A DNA stretch of 64,000 nt, from the NCBI GenBank assembly GCA_964276515.1, contig OZ193910.1, forward strand, positions 1,488,001-1,552,000, read 5' to 3'. The first letter of the stretch is position 1. Each line of letters starts with the position of its first letter. This DNA is from Gordius albopunctatus (lineage: Eukaryota). Position numbers and translations under genes: made by a program. Positions 10,977 to 23,400 of this stretch are shown in pieces. The notes below the pieces were generated by a model. The model saw nothing but the letters and a program-made list of their open reading frames with translations, ran no database searches and was not told the DNA's origin.

Positions 10977-13931
10977 ATGAGAGTTATTTTATATTTATAT
11001 ATTTTGCCTTGCTCTCCCCTCCTAGCCACTTTATTTAGTAACTTGTGGAATTTTCTAACCGATGAATCTAAAGTAACATTTTTCAATTTAATTTTTTTAT
11101 AATAATTAGTTTCCAAAATTCAAGGAAATTGATTGGGATGGACCTGGAAATAATACTAACGAAACATTTAGCAAAAAGTATGTTTTTTAAACTTTAAAAA
11201 AATAATAAAAAATAAAATGTTAGGTGCGAATTGGATACATTTTGTCGAAAACATATGTCGCTACCAGATGACACTAATCCTTGTAGGTATTAATAACTGA
11301 AATTTTTGTTAAAATTTATTGGCCAGGTGTAAAAGTTTTTATCTTTCTACCCACGAGGAAAATCAAATTAACATGGAATGTTTAGCCCAAAATTTAATCC
11401 AGACGGCCCATGATTTAAATGTCATAATGAGCGAGTAAACGTAAATTATTTACAATCAAGATCAGAGACTAGAAAAGCCCAGCCTGGCCCACTTCCCGGC
11501 TTATGGGCCGGGCCGAGCAACTTTCGTAAAATTAGACTCTAGGGCCTGCCCGGGTGGGATAAAAATCGGACCGGGCCGGGCAGAAATTTTTTAACAAGTG
11601 GGACCTCTGATCTAGATGTCGCGTGATATTTTTAATTATCTACATTTACCTAGCTTAAATCAAAATTATTTTTATTATTAAAATTTCATTTCATTTCATT
11701 TTTTTAATTTTGTTTTAAAGGTTTTGAATGCTGTATAGTAGTTTCTAAATGATATAGGAATCTTAAAAATAAATTAATTTTTAGATTGCGGACTTGGCCG
11801 TTTAAAGAAGTTATTTACACTTACAATATTAAATACATGGAAATTTCCTTCATCCAAAAACATTCTTGCGATAACACTTCGATGCCTTATCTATGGAAAA
11901 TTAAGTGCTCCTCAAAGTATAAATTACATTCATTTTTTATTTTATTTTCTAATTTGCTCCGAAATAAGCTCGTTTATCATGCAGCAGACCAAAAGCACTA
12001 AAATAAAACAATGTTTTAACACTTATTTTTCCTCAAATTCATTAATTATGGCTTATTTTATTAATAAATTTTAAAAAAATTAGTTTTGAATTTACAAAAT
12101 AGAATTGTATTCCCCTAAAAAATGCTCTATATATCTCTATTATATATGGTTTTTTAATATTTTTATTCAATATATAAGTAATTGCTATGCACTTAAGGGC
12201 TAACTTTTGGGTGTTCTGTACTGTCCAACTTAGCCTTTCAATAATCGCTAGGGAAGTCATACGACTTCTCAATGACTATGATGGAGTCTTATACTTCTGT
12301 AAAAGACTTTTATTTAGCTTCCACCTGGTTGGCTTGAATTTTATTTGGGTGGAAGAGAAAAAACATATTTCTTAAAAGCATTATTTCAATATTCACCCTT
12401 TTAAAGTATAATTTTTACGCTACAGAGACAGGTTAGAATTAGTCAGAAACACGGCTCCATATAACTTGTCGAAAAACACCACCTCAAGTGATATTAATCA
12501 TAATTCCATGGTAATTTGGATCGCAAATGAAATTTGGGTTTCCCCATATAATGTTTCCTCAAAGTCAAAATTATTTTTTCAAAAATTAAATTCATTCAAC
12601 TCTTCCCTACAAAAAATGTGTGGAGAAAATAAAAATTCGAATGATTTATGGGACCCTACAGTATCTCTAGTTAATAGATCTGAGAAACGTTTAAAATCAC
12701 GAGAGCATCAAGCTATGGTAGCAGCTCTTAAAAAACATATATTACGATTGGGGCCCCTTGAATCCAATGAAACGCTCGATTTTCTTAGGCAATCCAATAT
12801 TTCGCCGAACAATAGCGGGACCTTTATGGAAACAGCTGATAGCCCCAAGAATTATTTAAATCCCCTAAGAACTGCCGAAATAGTTGGTAAAATTCACTTT
12901 ATTTCTTAAAGTATTTTTCTCGCTTAGATTCCTATAATTTAATCCACTAATAATACAATCGACTGGCGACAGCTGATTTAGTAAGTTAGGCAGACATTTT
13001 GTGAGATTTTTTTCATAGTCGGGGAATTAAGAGTAATGAGAACATTAAAGGATTTTCTTTCCATATGTCAGTATACCATTTAATTAATTCAATAAAATTA
13101 TTTATTATTTTAATAAAAAAATTAAATATTTTATAAAGGTGAGATAAATAAAATAGGAAGATTGAGAATTGTGAATATTCGGAAAACATTCCGCTATAAA
13201 TGTTGTAAAAGCGGCTGGATAGATAGACATACCAAGGTATCATGGTCTTAGGGCTTGCATTAATATCGGATTTTGCAGCGAGGCAAAAATCGTCGTTCAG
13301 TTTGTAAAATAGCCGTGTTTTAACTTCGAATTTACATCAGATTTACATTTCAGACGCATAACATAACAGCGATTTTGTAAGATGCAAAAACTTTCCTAAG
13401 GTTAAATGTGATATGCTTTTAAATTTTTAGGCATCAGCAAAGCTTAGATTTTATCTCAAGAGTTGAAATAAACAAAATAACGTTTTTAATTATCAAAAAT
13501 CAAAATAGTAGTAATTAAAACTGAGTTTGACCCAAGAAATTGAATAAGATATTTAGTCAATGATAAATTCGCGCGATTTGAATCTAAATCCGATATTAAG
13601 ACAAGTCCCAAGTCGACCGTTAGCCTTAGTCGAAATTTAAAAAATTTGACCAGGTAGGACAGTTAGTCTTATTAAAACCAACTGTCGACCAAACATAACC
13701 CATCCGTTTTTACGACACTACTTTATAAGTGCCTCAAACATGGCGCCGTACATCTCTCACTTAATATTAATCAGCTGTTCGCGAGTCACGTGCATCATTT
13801 GTCTATGAATAACATGCAAAATTTGACGATTTTTCTATGTAATAGTCGGAGCACTGCTGTGTTTTATAATTATTTCGCTGGGCCTGAATTTTTATCAAGT
13901 ATTGCCGAAGGATAATGCAGTTATAGCTTAA
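10977..13931 (+). CDS. Uncharacterised type-I single-pass membrane protein (7 exons, ~335 aa)
   Basis: Exons 10977-11072, 11110-11177, 11224-11286, 11327-11434, 11785-~11904 (or 11916), 12426-12886 and 13846-13931 have consistent phases. Hydrophobic N-terminus MRVILYLYILPCSPLLA, Cys-containing ectodomain (CELDTFC...NPCRCKS...MEC), many N-X-S/T sequons, TM segment EIVVGALLCFIIISLGLNFY, very short tail. Confidence 0.65.
11463..11609. mobile_element. hAT-type MITE in intron
   Basis: CAGAG...CTCTG termini, GGCCGGGC-rich interior, 8-bp TSD atcaagat/atctagat (1 mismatch). Confidence 0.7.
13251..13608. mobile_element. PIF/Harbinger-type MITE (copy 1, nested)
   Basis: TIR gggcttg(tc)ttaatatcggatt / aatccgatattaagacaag; homologous to 37356-37636 and 57238-57583. 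Confidence 0.75.
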
Positions 13932-14454
13932 TAAAGATGGAACCAAAGAGATGTTATAATCTTCAACCGTATTAAAAATCAACTATAAACGAAAATTTAT
14001 GTTTTACCCGTGCGGTATTTGTATCAATATCACGTGACAATTCGGCTAAAAGAAATAAACGTTTTTTATCAAGTTATCAAGACCGAGTTTGGCTAATATT
14101 TTTGTAACAACTTTTTCACTTTAATTTATTAACTTAAAAAACATGTCTAATTCGAATTTTTAGAGCTCACGATTAACACCTTATTAAGTAAAATTATAAC
14201 AGATATAAACGCCGCCCAACAATATTGTTGATCTCACATAAAAATTTCATAGAAATGCTTATTTTTGTTTACTAAAACTATTTTTCACTCAGTATAAATT
14301 TTTAATAAGAGGTATTCGATATTTCATAAAAATTAATGATCATTAGAGCCCCGTAAAAATTGGATATTTCCATAATAATATTGATTTATTAATATATTTT
14401 TTTCCATATTTTTACAAAATTAATTGCTGATTATAAAGTATTATTAGTTGTGGT

Positions 14455-17400
14455 TCAATTATAATGATCAGGATTTCTTGCCCAAACTCCAATAACATAA
14501 GATTCAATTCCACATTCATTAATGCCTCTCGCTATTCGAAAATAACCGTCTTCACCCCATTCTTTCCCCCAACAATTGGCCACTAGCTTCAAATTTTCAC
14601 AAAAAATATATAAATAAATAAATTTTAGCAAAAATTTGAGTTTTTATAATTATTTTTTTTGTTAAATATTTTAAAAATTTGTATTATTTGTATCAAAAAA
14701 GAATTTGAAAATCGGATGTACCCAATATTTTAGGCCAACAGAGTCATCTTCACCCCATCTATTTTAGAGCAAAATATAAAAAATAAATAAATTTGCGACT
14801 ATTTCTAAGTAATAAAAATACATGTTTAAGTTAAAAAATAAATAAATTAATTAAAATAAATACCCTAAAATTCGTACGGAATGATAGACTTTAGGCTTGA
14901 GTGAAGGTATAAAATTAGAATGTTGATAAACACCACTCTTGTATATGAAAAAGTCAGGCTCAACATACATAGTTGCTAAATATAAGACAATTGAATAAAA
15001 TTATATTAATATATTAATTGTGTTTTTTATAAAATAAACAATATTTTAAAATTTATATCAAACTCATAGACTACTACTACATAGACTGTTCATATGTCAG
15101 ATGTTTCATATGGTAAAATGTGTACCATTAAATACTCCACCATTTTGAATTTAACAATCTCCCGTGTCTTTCTTCAGTGTACCCAATTGTCAAAACAAAA
15201 TAGTGATTAAAACTTCATTGTTAGTTAATAAATAAAAAGAATATTTTAATAAATGATTATTTAATAAAATGCAGATTGTCATCTTTAACATCGTCACCGT
15301 ATTTTTATTTTTAATTATTATGAATTTTGTATATGATATATATTTTTCAAAGGCTCTTTTTAATGTTCAACTAATTAGATATTTTTTATTACGTATTTAA
15401 AAACCCTTTAATGAACTAAAATTACTATAATCTATATGTTCTTTCCCTTAATTGTCCACATTTCAAAATGGCAGAAAAATGGTATACACTTATTAAGAGT
15501 TGATGAGCATTCTATCTAGTTTTATTTCATCATAGAGTAAATTCTATTAATAGTACTCACCTTGGACGGGTCCGTTCATTAGGATCTCTGTCCGTATTTT
15601 ATCATCCTTAAATAAGGAATTATTAAAAATTTAATAATATATTAAAAATATAAAAATAAAAAGTTCTTTAAAGGTCTTAACATGTAATTATTTAGAAACA
15701 AATTTGATTAAATATCGAATTAAAAAAAAACTAATCAGAAAACCAAGTAATGCCAAAGGTTAAAATTTTGTATTAACTTGCTCAGTTTTTTCGTAATTTT
15801 TGTTAAGTTTGTTATTTTGCGAATTCAAAATGTTCATTCTTTTTCCCAGGGTTATATTTGAATATCATTTTTTTTAAAGTTGTGATTTAAGGAAAATTTA
15901 AGGTAGATACAGTTCTTAGTTAATGATACAGCAGGTTTTATATTATTTAAAAAAATTAATTTTACATTTTTAACGCCAATAAATATTATATCATATGGCT
16001 TAGCCCAAAACTAACATCGTGATTAAAACAATACTTGACATTTAAACAAAAAATACTTGGCATTTTGTTATATTATTCAGGGAAATTCACTTAAAATTTT
16101 AATTTCATCTACTTTAGGAGGAACTCTATATGGTGGTGTAAATTTGTAAATTGTATCTTGAGTGCGTGGGAAATCGCAGGCAAATTTAGAATTATTTTTC
16201 GTTGGGCACGAATATTCCAAGCCTTTGTAGGGAATACATTCTTCTGATACTATCCTAAAATATTTTAAAAAACATTATTAATTCTTTTAAGTTGTTATCA
16301 ACAATTTTTAAAAATAGTGTTTTAAAAAAATGTGACTTATATGAGATATGAAAATTTCTCATAATTAAAGATTTGTATTTGAGCCTTATTTTATTTCATT
16401 CGAATTTATGGTGTAATCAGAAAGTTCCTTTAGTAAAAAATGGCTATATCCTGGTAAACTTAAAATAAATTTTCTAACAGAGTCTAGACTGGCGAACAGC
16501 TGATCATTTTTAAGTGAGGCTGTAGGTCGCCATATTTGAGGTAAATATTAAAACGCTAAGCATTTATTTTGCCATGTGTTTTTAAAGATAATGAAGAAGG
16601 TTTATTTCCAAATCATCGTATTGTGAGTAGCCAGCATTGGAACTAGAGGGGTGGTAATAATGATTCACGGAGGGGAAAAATAATTATTTTTTGAAATTTT
16701 AGCCATAATTTTAATAAATTTTTGGATTTAGAGGGGGGCAGCTGCCCCCCCCCTTTGGCTATGCCTATGGAGCCATGGGCTTTATTCCATGACTTTTGCA
16801 ATTTTTTACCACATAAGTGAGCATATTGGGGAAAGTATTTAATCCAAAATGGCTGTCTAATTTACTGAATAAATTTTGATTGCAAATTAGCTGTTCGCCA
16901 GTCCATTGCCTTATCAGTAGAAGGGGGCGATTCTAAGCGTATGTCCAAATTTTAGCTATATTTTCCAAACTTAAGGGAATGCCCTAGTAAAATATCATGA
17001 GAAATTTATAATTTTAATTATAAATTCTTGGCTTAAAATGCAATTTCTCAAACCCTTTGCGTTTCAAGTATTGCCAAGCTTTATCCACGTGACCACCAGA
17101 ACAGCCATGTTTCTGATTACATGAGATCAGCTGTTGTGGAGAAAGCGGTCCAGTGTAAAGACCACGTGTTTGTATCGCTAAACGATCGGACGCCACATCT
17201 AAAAAGGGACAATTTAATTTAAATTTCTAAAATAAATCGAAAAGATAACAGAAATAAATTTGCACACAAACATAGCTAACTTATTATTGATAGATTTTTA
17301 AATGCGTTTGCAGACAAGTATTAGATAAAAGAAATATTTTTTGAGAGCAACGTGTTTTTAAAATATGACAAATTCGGGTCAAATGTCCAATATTAATTAA

Positions 17401-20400
17401 ATTTATAATGTATATTTCAACAAGAAAAATGTATGCCCAATACTTTGCTCTCGATCGAGCCGGAGCGAATCTATATATAAAGTCTATGTATATATATATA
17501 TGTGTGTATGTATGTAAGGGCTAATCTCTGAAACTACCGGCCCGATTCGCGCGAAAATTTAACCCTAGATGCCCAGGGCGGCCAGGGGTAAAATAGCTTT
17601 TTCAGAATCCTAAAATTCCTTTTAGTTTTAAAAACATAGGCCTTTTAGTTTTAAAAAATAGCTTAATTCTAAAACTACAGGCCCGATTCGCGCGAAAATT
17701 TAACCGTAGATGCCCAGGGCGGCCAGGGGTAAAATAGCTTTTTCAGAATCCTAAAATTCCTTTTAGTTTTAAAAACATAGGCCTTTTAGTTTTACAAAAT
17801 AGCTTAATTCTAAAACTACAGCCCCGATTCGCGCGAAAATTTAACCGTAGATGCCCAGGGCGGCCAGGGGTAAAATAGCTTTTTCAGAATCCTAAAATTC
17901 CTTTTAGTTTTAAAAACATAGGCCTTTTAGTTTTAAAAAATAGCTTAATTCTAAAACTACAGCCCCGATTCGCGCGAAAATTTAACCCTAGATGCCCAGG
18001 GCGGCCAGGGGTAAAATAGCTTTTTCAGAATCCTAAAATTCCTTTTAGTTTTAAAAACATAGGCCTTTTAGTTTTAAAAAATAGCTTAATTCTAAAACTA
18101 CAGCCCCGATTCGCGCGAAAATTTAACCCTAGATGCCCAGGGCGGCCAGGGGTAAAATAGCTTTTTCAGAATCCTAAAATTCCTTTTAGTTTTAAAAACA
18201 TAGGCCTTTTAGTTTTACAAAATAGCTTAATTCTAAAACTACAGCCCCGATTCGCGCGAAAATTTAACCGTAGATGCCCAGGGCGGCCAGGGGTAAAATA
18301 GCTTTTTCAGAATCCTAAAATTCCTTTTAGTTTTAAAAACATAGGCCTTTTAGTTTTAAAAAATAGCTTAATTCTAAAACTACAGCCCCGATTCGCGCGA
18401 AAATTTAACCGTAGATGCCCAGGGCGGCCAGGGGTAAAATAGCTTTTTCAGAATCCTAAAATTCCTTTTAGTTTTAAAAACATAGGCCTTTTAGTTTTAC
18501 AAAATAGCTTAATTCTAAAACTACAGGCCCGATTCGCGCGAAAATTTAACCCTAGATGCCCAGGGCGGCCAGGGGTAAAATAGCTTTTTCAGAATCCTAA
18601 AATTCCTTTTAGTTTTAAAAACATAGTCCTTTTAGTTTTAAAAAATAGCTTAATTCTAAAACTACAGCCCCGATTCGCGCGAAAATTTAACCCTAGATGC
18701 CCAGGGCGGCCAGGGGTAAAATAGCTTTTTCAGAATCCTAAAATTCCTTTTAGTTTTAAAAACATAGGCCTTTTAGTTTTAAAAAATAGCTTAATTCTAA
18801 AACTACAGCCCCGATTCGCGCGAAAATTTAACCCTAGATGCCCAGGGCGGCCAGGGGTAAAATAGCTTTTTCAGAATCCTAAAATTCCTTTTAGTTTTAA
18901 AAACATAGGCCTTTTAGTTTTACAAAATAGCTTAATTCTAAAACTACAGCCCCGATTCGCGCGAAAATTTAACCGTAGATGCCCAGGGCGGCCAGGGGTA
19001 AAATAGCTTTTTCAGAATCCTAAAATTCCTTTTAGTTTTAAAAACATAGGCCTTTTAGTTTTAAAAAATAGCTTAATTCTAAAACTACAGCCCCGATTCG
19101 CGCGAAAATTTAACCGTAGATGCCCAGGGCGGCCAGGGGTAAAATAGCTTTTTCAGAATCCTAAAATTCCTTTTAGTTTTAAAAACATAGGCCTTTTAGT
19201 TTTACAAAATAGCTTAATTCTAAAACTACAGGCCCGATTCGCGCGAAAATTTAACCCTAGATGCCCAGGGCGGCCAGGGGTAAAATAGCTTTTTCAGAAT
19301 CCTAAAATTCCTTTTAGTTTTAAAAACATAGGCCTTTTAGTTTTAAAAAATAGCTTAATTCTAAAACTACAGCCCCGATTCGCGCGAAAATTTAACCCTA
19401 GATGCCCAGGGCGGCCAGGGGTAAAATAGCTTTTTCAGAATCCTAAAATTCCTTTTAGTTTTAAAAACATAGGCCTTTTAGTTTTAAAAAATAGCTTAAT
19501 TCTAAAACTACAGCCCCGATTCGCGCGAAAATTTAACCCTAGATGCCCAGGGCGGCCAGGGGTAAAATAGCTTTTTCAGAATCCTAAAATTCCTTTTAGT
19601 TTTAAAAACATAGGCCTTTTAGTTTTACAAAATAGCTTAATTCTAAAACTACAGCCCCGATTCGCGCGAAAATTTAACCGTAGATGCCCAGGGCGGCCAG
19701 GGGTAAAATAGCTTTTTCAGAATCCTAAAATTCCTTTTAGTTTTAAAAACATAGGCCTTTTAGTTTTAAAAAATAGCTTAATTCTAAAACTACAGCCCCG
19801 ATTCGCGCGAAAATTTAACCGTAGATGCCCAGGGCGGCCAGGGGTAAAATAGCTTTTTCAGAATCCTAAAATTCCTTTTAGTTTTAAAAACATAGGCCTT
19901 TTAGTTTTACAAAATAGCTTAATTCTAAAACTACAGGCCCGATTCGCGCGAAAATTTAACCCTAGATGCCCAGGGCGGCCAGGGGTAAAATAGCTTTTTC
20001 AGAATCCTAAAATTCCTTTTAGTTTTAAAAACATAGGCCTTTTAGTTTTACAAAATAGCTTAATTCTAAAACTACAGGCCCGATTCGCGCGAAAATTTAA
20101 CCCTAGATGCCCAGGGCGGCCAGGGGTAAAATAGCTTTTTCAGAATCCTAAAATTCCTTTTAGTTTTAAAAACATAGGCCTTTTAGTTTTAAAAAATAGC
20201 TTAATTCTAAAACTACAGCCCCGATTCGCGCGAAAATTTAACCGTAGATGCGCAGGGCGGCCAGGGGTAAAATAGCTTTTTCAGAATCCTAAAATTCCTT
20301 TTAGTTTTAAAAACATAGGCCTTTTAGTTTTACAAAATAGCTTAATTCTAAAACTACAGCCCCGATTCGCGCGAAAATTTAACCGTAGATGCCCAGGGCG

Positions 20401-23400
20401 GCCAGGGGTAAAATAGCTTTTTCAGAATCCTAAAATTCCTTTTAGTTTTAAAAACATAGGCCTTTTAGTTTTAAAAAATAGCTTAATTCTAAAACTACAG
20501 CCCCGATTCGCGCGAAAATTTAACCGTAGATGCCCAGGGCGGCCAGGGGTAAAATAGCTTTTTCAGAATCCTAAAATTCCTTTTAGTTTTAAAAACATAG
20601 GCCTTTTAGTTTTACAAAATAGCTTAATTCTAAAACTACAGCCCCGATTCGCGCGAAAATTTAACCGTAGATGCCCAGGGCGGCCAGGGGTAAAATAGCT
20701 TTTTCAGAATCCTAAAATTCCTTTTAGTTTTAAAAACATAGGCCTTTTAGTTTTAAAAAATAGCTTAATTCTAAAACTACAGCCCCGATTCGCGCGAAAA
20801 TTTAACCGTAGATGCCCAGGGCGGCCAGGGGTAAAATAGCTTTTTCAGAATCCTAAAATTCCTTTTAGTTTTAAAAACATAGGCCTTTTAGTTTTAAAAA
20901 ATAGCTTAATTCTAAAACTACAGCCCCGATTCGCGCGAAAATTTAACCCTAGATGCCCAGGGCGGCCAGGGGTAAAATAGCTTTTTCAGAATCCTAAAAT
21001 TCCTTTTAGTTTTAAAAACATAGGCCTTTTAGTTTTACAAAATAGCTTAATTCTAAAACTACAGCCCCGATTCGCGCGAAAATTTAACCGTAGATGCCCA
21101 GGGCGGCCAGGGGTAAAATAGCTTTTTCAGAATCCTAAAATTCCTTTTAGTTTTAAAAACATAGGCCTTTTAGTTTTAAAAAATAGCTTAATTCTAAAAC
21201 TACAGCCCCGATTCGCGCGAAAATTTAACCGTAGATGCCCAGGGCGGCCAGGGGTAAAATAGCTTTTTCAGAATCCTAAAATTCCTTTTAGTTTTAAAAA
21301 CATAGGCCTTTTAGTTTTACAAAATAGCTTAATTCTAAAACTACAGGCCCGATTCGCGCGAAAATTTAACCCTAGATGCCCAGGGCGGCCAGGGGTAAAA
21401 TAGCTTTTTCAGAATCCTAAAATTCCTTTTAGTTTTAAAAACATAGGCCTTTTAGTTTTAAAAAATAGCTTAATTCTAAAACTACAGCCCCGATTCGCGC
21501 GAAAATTTAACCCTAGATGCCCAGGGCGGCCAGGGGTAAAATAGCTTTTTCAGAATCCTAAAATTCCTTTTAGTTTTAAAAACATAGGCCTTTTAGTTTT
21601 AAAAAATAGCTTAATTCTAAAACTACAGCCCCGATTCGCGCGAAAATTTAACCCTAGATGCCCAGGGCGGCCAGGGGTAAAATAGCTTTTTCAGAATCCT
21701 AAAATTCCTTTTAGTTTTAAAAACATAGGCCTTTTAGTTTTACAAAATAGCTTAATTCTAAAACTACAGCCCCGATTCGCGCGAAAATTTAACCGTAGAT
21801 GCCCAGGGCGGCCAGGGGTAAAATAGCTTTTTCAGAATCCTAAAATTCCTTTTAGTTTTAAAAACATAGGCCTTTTAGTTTTAAAAAATAGCTTAATTCT
21901 AAAACTACAGCCCCGATTCGCGCGAAAATTTAACCGTAGATGCCCAGGGCGGCCAGGGGTAAAATAGCTTTTTCAGAATCCTAAAATTCCTTTTAGTTTT
22001 AAAAACATAGGCCTTTTAGTTTTAAAAAATAGCTTAATTCTAAAACTACAGCCCCGATTCGCGCGAAAATTTAACCCTAGATGCCCAGGGCGGCCAGGGG
22101 TAAAATAGCTTTTTCAGAATCCTAAAATTCCTTTTAGTTTTAAAAACATAGGCCTTTTAGTTTTACAAAATAGCTTAATTCTAAAACTACAGCCCCGATT
22201 CGCGCGAAAATTTAACCGTAGATGCCCAGGGCGGCCAGGGGTAAAATAGCTTTTTCAGAATCCTAAAATTCCTTTTAGTTTTAAAAACATAGGCCTTTTA
22301 GTTTTAAAAAATAGCTTAATTCTAAAACTACAGCCCCGATTCGCGCGAAAATTTAACCGTAGATGCCCAGGGCGGCCAGGGGTAAAATAGCTTTTTCAGA
22401 ATCCTAAAATTCCTTTTAGTTTTAAAAACATAGGCCTTTTAGTTTTACAAAATAGCTTAATTCTAAAACTACAGGCCCGATTCGCGCGAAAATTTAACCC
22501 TAGATGCCCAGGGCGGCCAGGGGTAAAATAGCTTTTTCAGAATCCTAAAATTCCTTTTAGTTTTAAAAACATAGGCCTTTTAGTTTTAAAAAATAGCTTA
22601 ATTCTAAAACTACAGCCCCGATTCGCGCGAAAATTTAACCCTAGATGCCCAGGGCGGCCAGGGGTAAAATAGCTTTTTCAGAATCCTAAAATTCCTTTTA
22701 GTTTTAAAAACATAGGCCTTTTAGTTTTAAAAAATAGCTTAATTCTAAAACTACAGCCCCGATTCGCGCGAAAATTTAACCCTAGATGCCCAGGGCGGCC
22801 AGGGGTAAAATAGCTTTTTCAGAATCCTAAAATTCCTTTTAGTTTTAAAAACATAGGCCTTTTAGTTTTACAAAATAGCTTAATTCTAAAACTACAGCCC
22901 CGATTCGCGCGAAAATTTAACCGTAGATGCCCAGGGCGGCCAGGGGTAAAATAGCTTTTTCAGAATCCTAAAATTCCTTTTAGTTTTAAAAACATAGGCC
23001 TTTTAGTTTTAAAAAATAGCTTAATTCTAAAACTACAGCCCCGATTCGCGCGAAAATTTAACCGTAGATGCCCAGGGCGGCCAGGGGTAAAATAGCTTTT
23101 TCAGAATCCTAAAATTCCTTTTAGTTTTAAAAACATAGGCCTTTTAGTTTTAAAAAATAGCTTAATTCTAAAACTACAGCCCCGATTCGCGCGAAAATTT
23201 AACCCTAGATGCCCAGGGCGGCCAGGGGTAAAATAGCTTTTTCAGAATCCTAAAATTCCTTTTAGTTTTAAAAACATAGGCCTTTTAGTTTTAAAAAATA
23301 GCTTAATTCTAAAACTACAGCCCCGATTCGCGCGAAAATTTAACCCTAGATGCCCAGGGCGGCCAGGGGTAAAATAGCTTTTTCAGAATCCTAAAATTCC

